Source: Eledone cirrhosa (taxonomy: Eukaryota). Taken from it: 64,000 nucleotides of DNA. Position 1 is the stretch's first letter; each line of letters starts with the position of its first letter. The notes under the pieces are model-generated. The model ran no database searches, was not told where the DNA came from, and saw only the letters and a program-made list of their open reading frames with translations. Position numbers and translations under genes: made by a program. Location: NCBI GenBank assembly GCA_964016885.1, contig OZ024747.1, forward strand, positions 83,328,001 through 83,392,000, written 5' to 3'. This document shows positions 1 through 11,825 of the stretch, one piece after another.

Positions 1-527
1 TAGCTTACTGTGAGCCTTCTTCCTCTCTGAAATTGACGACAAGCCTATTCTTATATTTGGTGGTTTCCTTGATCAGTACTTCCACTGTGATTGTCAACAT
101 TTAATGGCAAAGAGTGCTGCTATGGATTACATATCCTAAAATATGCATGTTTGCGACTGGAGACTGCCTGCAAAACCTTATTTAAAGTCCACCAAGGATT
201 AGACGGGTTTTGACAAACCAAATCAGAACTGAAGTGGAGCCACTGGCCTCTTAGATGGGCCAGGAACCCACATCTACTCTGGGTGTCACAACTGAAATAT
301 CCTTCTGACCTTTTGTTTAGCAGGTTTTCTACAGCTGGATGCCCTTCCTATTACCAACCACTTTACATATAGATCACCAAAACTGGGAGGTTGTCCAATG
401 AAACTCCCCCAAACTTTTTTTATGCCAATCCAGCTGAAACTACCCATGGTTCCACAATACAAAACTATTTCAAAATGTTTATATTTATCTAAAAGCCTTC
501 ATCAAAATTTTATGTAAGAACCTTTAA

Positions 528-1630
528 CCCTTTAGTGTTCAAACCGCCCGAAACCGGCCAATAACACCCACACTAAAATATTGTTCTAAAAATAAACAAA
601 CCATCATCAAAATTACCACAAAAGTTAACACTTAATATAGTGAAACAACTTAAAATGACACGTTTTTTTAACGTTGAAAGTAGAACAGATTTTTTGTATA
701 TCAACATGGCTTGTGAAAGTAGTGATACCGACTTTGAAGGTTTTACACACGACGACATTCAGGATGAACAAGAAACAAAAGATAATATTAGTGATTTATC
801 TTCAAATGAATCAGATGTTTACATTTCTGAAATTTCATCCAACGATGATTGTTGTTTTGAAAGTGAAAACGAAGGAGATCTCCAGGACGCCATTGAAAAT
901 ATTACAGCAATGTGGTTGAAAAATATGTTCCCGATTTTATTCAAAATACTGGTCCACAACACACATTAGCTCCCGATGCTAAAGCACTGGATTATTTCTT
1001 TTTGTCTTTACCACAAACTTTCTTCGAAGTTGTGGCAGAAGAGATTAATCGATATACCCAACAACAGATTTCAAATCGAGGAAAACCTGATCTGTTTGGC
1101 GACCGACAGATGCTGCGGAAATGCAAGCATTTTTTACCGTAAATATTATGTTCGGTATAAAACAATTTCCAAAACTGTGGAATTACTGGAGCACTGATAT
1201 AAGGTTTAGTGATCCTTATATATCAAGTATTATGCCGAAAACAACGTATTTAAAATTAAACCAGTATTTGCACCTGGTTGATACTTCAAATGCCCCTATT
1301 AATTAATTTCACCTGCCCATAAAAGTCAAATTTAACCAAAAAAAATCAGGTAAAATTATATAATTGTAAATTATTGATATTTAAACATCTGACAAAATTT
1401 CAAGCTTGCACATAGAAAATTAAGAAAATTACAAACAAATAAAATTGATAACCCTCTTGAGTATGATTAATTCAAAATAATTGTTTCTACTTTTGGCACA
1501 AGGCCAACAATTATTCCAGTGTATTACTGGTACTTTATTTTATCAACTCCGTAAGGATGAAAGGCAAAGTTAACCTCGGCGTGCGAACAGATAAGCATGA
1601 CATTTGAAAATTAATGCGAATGCTAAAGGG
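528..1630 (+). mobile_element. Internally deleted piggyBac transposon with a frameshifted transposase N-terminus
   Basis: TTAA at 524-527 and 1631-1634. TIRs CCCTTTAGTGTTC / GAATGCTAAAGGG (11/13 match). Broken ORFs give an acidic N-terminus plus LDYFFL...EINRY...EMQAFF...GIKQFPKLWNYWSTD...IMPK...YLHL, typical of piggyBac/PGBD4-like transposases. Confidence 0.88.
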
Positions 1631-1791
1631 TTAAGTAATGAGAACATTAGTTACATTACTAAATCTCTTGAAATTATTCTAAAGGCATTAACAGTGTCTT
1701 ATAAGAAATATGGTAAAGAAAGAGTTAAGACAATAGGAAAACATACAAATACAGCCAACATCACAAACAATAACAATTAAGACATACTTAC

Positions 1792-1846
1792 TGTATGTAC
1801 AAAATAGATCTTGAAGTTTTTAGCTTCTGGTTTTAATTCTTCCGAC
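1792..1846 (-). CDS. PDPK1: PDPK1 PH-domain exon (SEELKPEAKNFKIYFVHT)
   Basis: 55 nt, TATAG acceptor, GTAAGT donor. Confidence 0.95.
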
Positions 1847-1880
1847 CTATACAAAAGATATTAAGAATTAGCTATGAACT

Positions 1881-1936
<56 letters not shown>

Positions 1937-2933
1937 CACACTAAGTACATGATTTTTTTTTGTGCCTGAAAACTCGTGATTCCAGAGAGCTTCACATGTA
2001 CCAGTGAATGTTTTGTATAACAACCCTACCTTCTAATGAGCTATAAAATATAATGGTTCTTGCTACATAAAAGCTCATATTTAATGGAATTAGAATAGAA
2101 ATTACAATTTGTCAGAATCATGACTTTCATGAGCCTCCTTTTTAAGTCCACATTTCCATGGGCTGCTGTGTCCATCACCACTGTGAGGCTCAATGTTTTG
2201 AGATTGCGACATCCTCATTTCGTTTCGTTAGAACATTTTTAGTACAACCGTTTTTTAAATTCCAAGTTGGATAACTCTTACTACTTCGTTTTGTTGTCGT
2301 TCCTACATCCGAAATGGAAGCAAAAAACAAGTCATGAAGAAATGCTCTGACTAACCATCAAACTACAACAGATATTGTATTATATTTCATTATTATTTTT
2401 ATATGTGAATAAAGATATTCCAAGTCATCCTGTCCACTGTTAAGTGTAAGTGAAATCTTACAAGATCAACCCTCACCACTTTTGCACCTTCTTTCCACAG
2501 TTAACTCTTAGCACTTCACCCAATCATCATCATCCACATACACCTTGCATCAATACCAGTGCAATCTTCTCTTGCACACTGCATCTAATTCCTCCCTATG
2601 CCCAATCTGCACTTCATTGTTGATACACACTAACATTACACACCCAATGGAACATGTTCCTTTCATTTATTTTCAGCCTTTGCATTCTCTGCTCATGTCT
2701 CACCATTATGCAATATTGCACTTCATACACATATACAATCTACCCCTTTTCAATATATTTTTAGTAAAATATATCTAACTATGAATTGAAACTAGGTTGT
2801 GGAGTTGCTTTCCAGAGATAATTCTGTACCACAACATATACAGATGTCAAAAGTAACAGATAAAATGATAAGTAATCTTTGCGCCCTCATAATTTACCTA
2901 TAATCAGAAAATAGTTATAGTAACATGACCTAC

Positions 2934-3031
2934 CATGGTATTTCCCCTTTAAGGACTTTATTTACGGGATCTACATAGTATAGATGAGGTCCTTCAGTTA
3001 ATAACAGCATTCTTCTACGAGCAAAAAGGCC
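2934..3031 (-). CDS. PDPK1: PDPK1 PH-domain exon ([33 protein letters not shown])
   Basis: Near-identical to the vertebrate PDK1 PH domain. 98 nt, CTGCAG acceptor, GTAGGT donor. Confidence 0.97.
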
Positions 3032-3567
3032 CTGCAGAAAAAAAAAAGAAAATATAGCCAGGTGGTGCTTTTAAGTTGGACATGGCCTGGGCCAGTACTG
3101 GTTGCAACCTATTAAAGATATATGATTGCACATATATGCATATAAACATAAATACACAAATATACTTATTGAAAAATATAAAGCCGCTTAGAAAAGTCAA
3201 TCTCCAATCCACTCTTTACAGAGGAAAGTGAGTATAAGTGTCTATGTATGTACATATACATACACACATTGTATCCGTATTGCTGTAGAACTCAAATAAT
3301 TGCTAGAAACCGCCTCTGGTTCTATGATACAAAATTATTCGTTTTAAAGTGTTTATATTTATCTAAAAACTTTCCATCATAATTTTATGTAGGAACCTCC
3401 AAACAAGCTTAATAATGAGAAAGTTATAACTTAATCCCTCCAAATTTTTTTTATTTTCAAAATGTTTTGAAAATCATAAACAGTGTTTTTCATTAGAAGG
3501 GTGTAAAGAAGGGGTTAAAAAAGAAAGCAAGAAGAATACACAGCACATCAGCTTTGTAAAAACTTAC

Positions 3568-3682
3568 CTTACGCTTATCTACTAAGCCTTGTTTTAGAAT
3601 GAGATTGCCTTCAACAAATCTGTGGAAATCATTTTCTCGGGCTTGTTTTTCAAGTAATTCCTTCCGTTGATCTTCAGTAATA
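3568..3682 (-). CDS. PDPK1: PDPK1 exon: start of PH domain (ITEDQRKELLEKQARENDFHRFVEGNLILKQGLVDKRK)
   Basis: 115 nt, TTGCAG acceptor, AAG|GTAAGT donor. Confidence 0.95.
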
Positions 3683-3892
3683 CTGCAATGAAATAAGATA
3701 ACACAATCATCCAATAAGAATCTACTAAAAAGCAGTGGCTATTTCATCTCATCTATTATAGCTAATTGTTAGTGCTTTTTTTAAAATCATTTTACAAGTT
3801 GCTGATACAAAAGTGAAGAAAAACTACCATCAGCCTCCCAACAGACAGTCTTCAGCAACTTCTCCACATGCAGACAGGAATTGGTATCCCTG

Positions 3893-4134
3893 TTAACCCC
3901 ATTGACACCAAACCACCACATAATAGAAAACTGCCTTTAAAAATGTTTATATTCATTTAAAAACCTTTGATCATAATTTTTTATAAGAACCTTTTCTAAG
4001 ATGTCTTAAACGTCAGTTTAACAAAGAGAAATTAATTATATTATTAAATCCTTCCAAATTCTTGATTATTTTCAAAATGATTTGAAAATCATAGGCAGTG
4101 TCTTTTATTAGAAATATGGTAATGAAAGTCTTAA
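3893..4134 (+). mobile_element. TTAA-bounded ~250-bp AT-rich MITE (family A, piggyBac-type)
   Basis: TTAACCC...GAAAGTCTTAA ends. Shares internal motifs with many other copies. Confidence 0.7.
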
Positions 4135-4545
4135 ATGTTTCCTCTAACTTATGTATATACACAGTATACAAATAATATTTAAAATGCACACAAATTAAAT
4201 ACATTCATTTAAAGCAGGCACAAAGCTTGTAGACACCAGGTAATTTCATTCCATTGCCAAATTTAGTGATATGCTTGCTCCAAACTTCAACTTCAAAATT
4301 AGAAAATAATCAAGCAAATTTATGACCCATAATTCAGAGAACATATTGTCACAGAAACAGTGTCACATTGTAATAGCAATAATTAACAAAATTACAAGTA
4401 ACAATACAGCTGACTTAACTTCATCAAAATGTTCATGTTTATTATCCTTACAAAAGATTTTAAAAAAAAACAAGGGGGGGGGGGGGGGGGGAAACAATGA
4501 TAAGAGAGAATGCATACAAAGACATGTTGCTTAGAGTTTCCTTAC

Positions 4546-4592
4546 TGTCTAGCAGTTACAGAAAACTTAAAAGAAAGCTTCGGGTCTACTCT
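4546..4592 (-). CDS. Possible alternative 47-nt linker exon (RVDPKLSFKFSVTAR+CA)
   Basis: TTTTGTTTCTGTAG acceptor, CA|GTAAGG donor, open frame, same length and phases as exon 8387-8433. No homology support. Confidence 0.3.
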
Positions 4593-5353
4593 CTACAGAA
4601 ACAAAACACCTGCAACATTTTGAACTTAATCTATTATCAAACACAGACTAATCATATCTCTGCTGCCATTTCACTTTTACCAGCTTGTGCTTATCTACAA
4701 TTTTCAAGTGTTAAGGTGAGGAGTGGCTAAAGCTAGATAAGTGACCTGACACAAAAGGAAAGTACAATTTTCTTGTTAAAGTATCCAAAGAGTGGGTGCT
4801 AAATCTATCATAAAAGCACCCTTCACTCATGGTTAACCATGGAATTGCACTTGGAAAGTATTTCTGCAAAGTGCAAGCCTGAGTAAAGCATTTTGTGAAA
4901 GACCAGCAGACACCCCTGCATGCAAGTGTTCTTGTTCAACATCACGAATATTGTACAAGCGACAGGCATAGGAAACATATATAGCTGGGTACAAGTTACA
5001 TCACAGGTGAACTCAGAACACAAAGGGTCAAGAGATATACTTCAAAGCATCATATCTGACACTACTAATTCTGACAATCCACTTCTCTGGACTGGTACTC
5101 CATTTTATTAACCCTGAGAGAATGAGAGGCAAAGATGACTTCAGTGAGATTTCAACTCAGAGCATAGAGAGTTAGAAAACACTGCAAAGACTTTTGTGAT
5201 ATGTTCTAACAACCCTGCCAATGCACTCTCTCTATATTATCAATTAAAGACTAACTGGAAAATTGTTCTAGAATATTGAACTGAAGATTACAAAGGATTG
5301 GTACACATAAGACTGAGAATATATGTGAGGGATGATAAAATATATTAAATTTG

Positions 5354-5606
5354 TTAACTCTATCGACACCAAAGCACCTGAAACCACTCTTGCTGCTACA
5401 ATATAAAGCTGTTTGTTTTAAAATGTTTATATATAAAACTTTCCATCATAATTTTATATAAGGACCTCTTAAGTTATGTTCCAAAACCAGATAAATAAAG
5501 ATAAAGTTAGTTAAATCACTAAATATTTTTAAATTAATATATTCAAAATCAATTGAAAATCACAGGTAGTGTCCTCCATTAGAAAATATGGAAAAGGAAG
5601 GGTTAA
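5354..5606 (+). mobile_element. MITE family A copy
   Basis: TTAACTC...GAAGGGTTAA ends and the same internal motifs. Confidence 0.7.
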
Positions 5607-6476
5607 GGCATTTAAATGAATTGAAAACCTGTGTCACATGAAGTCCTCATTAATATACATAATTACAGTAGATAATGTATCACACATGAAGTCCTCATTA
5701 ATATACACAATAACTGGATAATGGTAGATTTTCTGCATTTTCAATGTTTTGAAACCGAAATATATTTTTAAATTCTTTCAAATTCTGGATTAGTTTCAAA
5801 ATTAATTGAAAACGATAGTAAGATAGTAATGAAAATGTTAAACAATAGAGAGCAAAGGTCCAGTGAATGTATTTGTGTATAGCTATAAACCCTGTTGATA
5901 CTAAATCTCCTAAAACTGGCTGTTTCTATAAAACAAAACAACCCATTTTTAAAGGTACTTTCTATGAGATTTAACCTCATAGCAGGCCAGCTAAACTTAC
6001 ATATAGCTAAGTTCTAACTGTGTGTATTTTAAAGGGTTCCTATTAAAATTAAATTCTTCTAACATACTTTTTTTTTTATAAGAACTTAATGTTAAGTTAC
6101 TATCTTAGTAATGAAATCATTTTAGCAAATTCCACAAAATTCTTCAGGAATTAATTGAAATGATTGTATTTTATTAGAAATACAGTCACAAAAGGGTTAA
6201 ATGGAGAAAAGTCTACTTCAGATAGGTATTTTGCTTTGCTGGGAAGACTAATCTCTAGTGAGCTAAGTGTTTTGCCTAGAGTAATTGAAACACACACACT
6301 GTGGGATATGAACTCACAGCCCAAGAATCAGCAGTGTAATATCTTGTCCATAGGGCCAATTTATCTTTAAGGTTGATGTCTCACTAAAACATGAAAATAA
6401 AAAAAGTAAATACATACAAAATGAAACAGTTTAGAATATAAACCTTATGAATTATTGAAGTGCAGAGAGTGTTTGA

Positions 6477-6700
6477 AATTTGAACATGTGAGTCCCAAAT
6501 ATAGAAAATAACTGTATTAAGTCAATCACTACAGATAATAGTTGAGAAAATTGGGAAATTACCCTTAGAGGCAGAAAAAAATGGACAGGTGTCTGTGTCC
6601 ATATTTTCTCTTTCATTTATCCAATTTTCTCAACTATTATCTATAGTGATCAATGTATTAGTTATTTTCTATGTTTAGGACCCTCACATTTTCAAAGTTT
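6477..6700. repeat. Fold-back element (MITE-like) with ~80-bp imperfect inverted arms
   Basis: atagaaaataact...gataatagttgagaaaattgg is mirrored by ccaattttctcaactattatc...agttattttctat. Confidence 0.75.
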
Positions 6701-6799
6701 AGAATATATTTCTCCTACCAAAGAATAACTGCCTGACTAAACAGTAAAACATTTAAAATTTTTACTGTTTAGTTAGACAGTTTGACCCTTTCCAGGGCT

Positions 6800-7090
6800 T
6801 TTCATTCTTCCTTAACACATAACTCAGCCATCTCATTACATTTCTCTACACAACATTCAACACTGACTCCATTCCAATCATCCTTGCCAATTTCTTGTTT
6901 GTCTTTCACTATCTGAGCAACACAGTTCATCCACTGAATCCCTCATTTCAATTCTTTCCAAACTTCTCTGCTCCGTCTTGTTCCCATAAATCATGACAAC
7001 CTCTCACACATACAGCATATACCTTTCCTATCATTTTCATTGACCACCCACTCAATAACACATCACTTAGAAATTTCAACAATCTAGTAA
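6800..7090 (-). mobile_element. Highly degenerate RTE LINE C-terminal fragment
   Basis: GKVYAVCVR resembles GRLYDACIR of the intact copy. Confidence 0.5.
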
Positions 7091-7350
7091 TCAAATTTTT
7101 TCTATAGACTTGAAGGCTGAGATGATTGAAGGGGATGTAGAAAGTAATTATATATCTGTCCCACCCAATAATATATGAGGCAAATAAAAACAAAGTTAAA
7201 AGTTCTGAGCATGAACATATTCAAGGATAAGGAACTAAATTGTATTCACGTAAATTCCAGAATCCGAGAAAACTGATAACTATGGCAATACAAATGAAAA
7301 AAAAACTTGTGAAATGTTGAAAAAGTTTAATTATCACGAGCAGTTGAAAA

Positions 7351-7607
7351 TTAACCCCTTTTGATGACAACCTGCCTGAAACCACCTGTAGTTTTAGGAT
7401 ACAAAACTAAGCATTTTATGGTGTAGTATATTTACATTTAAACCTGCTCCCAAAACTACATGTAAGAACCTTCTGTTATGTTCCAAACAGTAGCTTCATA
7501 ATGTAAAAATTAGTTGTTTTATTAAATACTTTTAAATTAATTATCTAAAAAATCAGTTGAAACATAAGGACAATGTATTTTGTTAAAAATAGTTTTGAAA
7601 GGATTAA
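7351..7607 (+). mobile_element. MITE family A copy
   Basis: TTAACCCCTTTT...GAAAGGATTAA ends. Confidence 0.72.
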
Positions 7608-8386
7608 TATTTTGGATTCTTGTCCAACTGATTTGAGAACCATGAAGGAGTTGTTTGCCTGGCTGGTGGTAGAGGAAGTGGATAGCAATCAGAAGTGATA
7701 AGGGTATTCTAAAACTGACAATTGATATAACTAAGTTAATGAAGAGTTGAATACATGGGAAAACAAGAAATGACCAGACATGCAGCTGCAGTGGTAGACC
7801 ATCAAACAAAAAAAAAAATGAATAACTTGGACATAATTATAGTGGCAAATGCAAAAGGTGCAAACAAACAGTAACATATAAGCAATGACACATGCACAAA
7901 TAATATAGGTGAAACCCTTCTCGAAATCTATTGACACGAGTAACAGAGGAGATTAGGACAGTGGGGGTGAGTTGCAGCAGGGTTTGAGGAAGTAAAGTAG
8001 ATATATGCATGGAAGAGACAGGAAAACGTATGTTTAACATGCAGTTGAATAGCAGATTGAAAAGGAACGAGGAGTGTAGCCTATGAGATGTAATCATGTT
8101 GACGTCCACAAAAATGTAAAGTTACGTAGCTGAGCAACAAAAGTTTTCCATGAATGACATGGCACCTTTAGAAAAGTGGCATGTGCTTCATAGAAGAGAC
8201 AACCAAGTAGAGTGTTATGTTGATAAATGGATTGGTTCAGAGATGGGAAATCATAAAGGTTGTATGTTTGCTAAAGGAATCAGTATTATGTATAAAATGA
8301 AGTAGCTCTAGTAATTGAAATGAAGACAATCTCAGCCAACTAAGCCGACAACACTACCACCAATGACAATATCATCAACTACTTAC

Positions 8387-8433
8387 ACTGTTTCAGTTAT
8401 TATCTCACCAATTCTAGCATCATCAAGTCCAGG
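8387..8433 (-). CDS. PDPK1: PDPK1 linker exon (PGLDDARIGEIITET+GT)
   Basis: Poly-T...TTGTAG acceptor, GTAAGT donor, 47 nt, phase 0-2. Restores frame to the next exon. PGLD resembles invertebrate PDK1 linkers as I recall them. Confidence 0.8.
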
Positions 8434-8731
8434 CTACAATGACATAAAAAAAAAAAAAAGAAATCAAAGCAAACAGACTGAGAAGGTAACAGAAAATATT
8501 AAAAAAATCTATACATCATGGAATGCTTACGGATATGATGTTGGCTGTTTTAAGGACAGGGACCATAGTCTTATGAAAAGCAACATGAAATGAAGCATCT
8601 TGTTTAAAAACACAATGCACTGTACAGGCCAAGAATCAAATCCATGACCTTATGATTGTGAGACCAACACCATAACCACTAGTCTATACCCTTCAACCAG
8701 AAACAAAAGATATAAGAGAAAATGTACTAAC

Positions 8732-8908
8732 CCGATAGTGACTCCATAAACTGGGATTGCTAGGTGTGGCAGGTAGATAAGGAAGAAGATCAGGTGGGTC
8801 CTGCATCCAAAGATGGTCCCAAACAATGCCATCAAAGAAAGGATGTTTTTTAAGTGGTTTAAAGCCTCCAGATTCAAGACTACCAAGTCGTTTTTGAGGG
8901 TTGAATAC
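8732..8908 (-). CDS. PDPK1: PDPK1 exon (VFNPQKRLGSLESGGFKPLKKHPFFDGIVWDHLWMQDPPDLLPYLPATPSNPSLWSHYR)
   Basis: 177 nt, phase 0-0. KRLG...HPFF...W...PP...YLP marks the end of the kinase domain. Confidence 0.94.
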
Positions 8909-9375
8909 CTGAAAATAGACGAATATATATCAGTTTCAGTAATACTGGGAAAAGAACTCAACAATGGAAATGATAGGTGCTTATAAACTGGACACATATT
9001 GGCCAAGACCTGATACATTTAGAACCTGACAAAAAATTAATAAAACTAGTTAATACAGAGAAGTTATACATATTCCAAAGTGCTATCAAGGCTTCCAGAT
9101 GTTTCTGTGCAAAATTCCAGTATGTATTATATTCTTAACTTTTGTTAAGTTATGCTCTCAACACCAGCTTAAGAAAGTTAATTATATTACTAAATTCTTT
9201 CAAATTCTCAAAATTATGTGAAAACCATTAGAAATATAGTAACAAAATAGTGAAGTCTAGACACTACATTGCATATCTTTTTAACCTTATTGGATTTGCA
9301 TGAATGAAAACTGTTGTTGAATTTATTTAGTCCATCTTTTTATTACAACCAGACCAATATATAAAAGTTACTTGC

Positions 9376-9472
9376 CAACAACTTCTGGACCAAATCTTTG
9401 GCAACGGGGTTGAAACCATCAGGGAACTCATAGTCAAGTTTTAAAATCTTTTGAAATATCTGATATTCATGG
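9376..9472 (-). CDS. PDPK1: PDPK1 exon (NHEYQIFQKILKLDYEFPDGFNPVAKDLVQKLL), followed by a GC donor
   Basis: 97 nt. TTG|GCAAGT is the donor that keeps phase 0 with the next exon and the conserved KLL|V junction. Confidence 0.93.
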
Positions 9473-9737
9473 CTAGAAACAAAAACAAAAAATATTTTAG
9501 TGAGTGTGTAGAAAGGTAGATTGACAAAGGCAGTTTAATAGCTATATTACTTGTATTTTTAAAGTAATTTATGTTATTTTTTATGATACTAAATTGACTT
9601 ACTAATTATGAAATATTTGAATAAGTCCCTCAAAATTCTTCATTAATTCATTGAAATAGTCACTAAGAGGCTAAAATCAGGAATAACAAATATCCTATTT
9701 AATACATCTTTAACAGATAAAAAATAAAGTTACTTAC

Positions 9738-9806
9738 TTTCCCCAGAAGGGTGGTAAACCAGAATGTAATTGATAGATTATACACCCCAAGGCCCACAAG
9801 TCAGAG
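9738..9806 (-). CDS. PDPK1: PDPK1 exon (SDLWALGCIIYQLHSGLPPFWG)
   Basis: 69 nt, TTTTCAG acceptor, GTAAGT donor. Confidence 0.95.
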
Positions 9807-9943
9807 CTGAAAACAAATGAAATTGAAATTTTATAAGTTCATATACAATATATTTTAATTATTCTACATGTAAACATGTATTTATCACACAAACCCATAA
9901 AACAAGTATACAACTAAACATGCACTGAATTACGGACTCAGTA

Positions 9944-10745
9944 CATCATCATCATCGTTTAACGTCCATGTTCCACGCTTGCATGGGTTTGGACGGGAGT
10001 TTTCCCACTTGAGGCAAGAGTGGTTGTCTTGCTCGCATAGGACTGTCTGGAGGGTTTCTACAGCTGGATGCCCTTCCTAACACCAACCACATTTACAGTG
10101 TGGGGCTGGGGGGTTTTTACCGTGTTGCCTACACGGCCACATTACAACGTGGACTGTCTGGCGGGTTTTCTACAGCTGGATGCCCTTCCTAACACCAACC
10201 ACATTTACAGTGTGGGACTGAGAGGTTTTTACCGTGTTGCCTACACGGCCACATTACAGCGTGGACTGTGTGTTTTTTGTCGTGACACCTACACGATCTC
10301 ATTTGTTTCGGCCTGGATGTTGTGGCACCAACATAACTTTACATTGAAAGGGGCGGTGTGGATGGGGTGGGGTGGTGGGACGGGGGTGTATTTTGTTAGA
10401 GATGCCTACTGACTGTAGTAGGTTTTACTTTGTATTTAGGTAAGACGGGTCTTCTCTATTACTGAGTACTGCCAAAGGTCTCGGTCCAGTGACATTGTCT
10501 TGGAGAGGTGTGTGAGAGGTCGGAATTTATCAGCTCGTCCCAGGTTTTTCTGGGTCTGCCTATTCCGTGGCTACCATCTATCTTTATTGCCCTGCACTTT
10601 GTTATACAGCTGTCGTCTTTCATGCGCATCACGTGACCATACCAACGTAGCCTTCTCTCGAGTAAACAACATCTGATCCCTCTTATTTCTAATTTTTTCC
10701 TTAGTTCGCTTATGCTTTGCCGTTCACGTATATTACTATTACTAT
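9944..10745 (-). mobile_element. 5'-truncated RTE LINE (subfamily 2): ORF2 end, 3' UTR with an internal ~117-bp duplication, (GAT)n tail
   Basis: Reverse strand encodes [41 protein letters not shown]. (CAT)n begins at 9944. Confidence 0.88.
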
Positions 10746-10839
10746 ATTACATAGAATTAATATAATAATTGACATTAATGGTGACTGTTTGCTTTGAAGT
10801 TTTGCAGACACTATTGATTTAGCAAACCACACACACACA

Positions 10840-11045
10840 CATCATTATCATCAGCATCGTTTTTACGTCTGCTTTCCCATGCTTGCATGGGTTGGACAGG
10901 TCCTTCTCAGCACGGCATCTCTCCACATGTCGCAATCCTTTGTCATCGCCTCTGGGAGTTTCAGTGATTTGAGGTCAGCTCTCACAACCTCTGCCCAGGT
11001 CTTTATCGCAACTGCCTTCCACTGGCACTTCACCCAACGATCATA
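10840..11045 (-). mobile_element. Short RTE-like 3' end
   Basis: KTWAEVVRADLKSLKLPEAMTKDCDMWRDAV, followed by the shared CCCATGCAAGCATGG end and a GAT tail. Confidence 0.7.
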
Positions 11046-11330
11046 CACTCTGCAGTGGTAAAGTTGGTGCGCTGATAAAATGCACGCAGTAAACTGAAGT
11101 GGTTGATATTAAGAAGGACATCCAGTGTTGGAAACCATGCCAAAATATGGAATGTATGAGCAAGATGAATTTACTTTAACTGTCTTTTCTCAGTCTGTGA
11201 TGACCCATCCAACCCATGCTTGCATAGAAAATGAGCATATTATGATAAGATAATGAGCTTAAATATAAAAAGGAACTAAACCATAATATTTTCATGTGGG
11301 ATAGATGTACTGTTTTAAAACAATACTCAC

Positions 11331-11430
11331 CTGCTTGTACTCCTGCTGGTAAGTACTTCAGGTGACACGTACTGAGCAGTGCCAACAAAAGACTTCCGGC
11401 GCTGAGAATGGCGGTTCTCCTTGCTGCCAT
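11331..11430 (-). CDS. PDPK1: PDPK1 exon: activation loop (DGSKENRHSQRRKSFVGTAQYVSPEVLTSRSTS)
   Basis: Poly-T TAG acceptor, AG|GTGAGT donor, 100 nt. Read in a different frame from the ORF-track entry. Confidence 0.95.
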
Positions 11431-11825
11431 CTATAAAAAAAAAAATAAAAAATTGTGTAGTTGGTTTCCTTCTAAAGTATTTGACATTTATTTTTTTAGG
11501 GATTACATCTATATTTGATCATTCAACCTTATATTAGTTCCACAGCCACTGAACCAAAATAGCTATAGAAACTTTGCTATATATATTGATATTGAATAAA
11601 GTTGGCAAACCCCATAACATCTCATCGATTCAAGTTGAACAAACCTCAACCAGAGTGATCTTGTTTGTTTATTATACATTTATTCAACAGAAACCTTTCA
11701 GACTTTATATGCATGGCAGTGTTTTTAAGGAATTCCACCACCTTGGGTAAGTGCCTTCTACTATACCTTTGGAATGACCAATGTATTAAGTGAAATTTGG
11801 CAGATGGAATCTGTACGGAAGCCCA

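Noticed and set aside
1-420. Final PDPK1 exon (PNRTYYL...)
   Set aside because: No matching translation found on the minus strand between 1 and 1791. Probably outside the window.
640-1306. Domesticated PGBD host gene
   Set aside because: Frameshifted, truncated before the catalytic DDD region, and still bounded by TIRs and TTAA.
4419-4446. Extra phase 2-2 linker microexon (IINMNILM)
   Set aside because: Weak AAG acceptor and GTTAAG donor, and not needed to keep frame.
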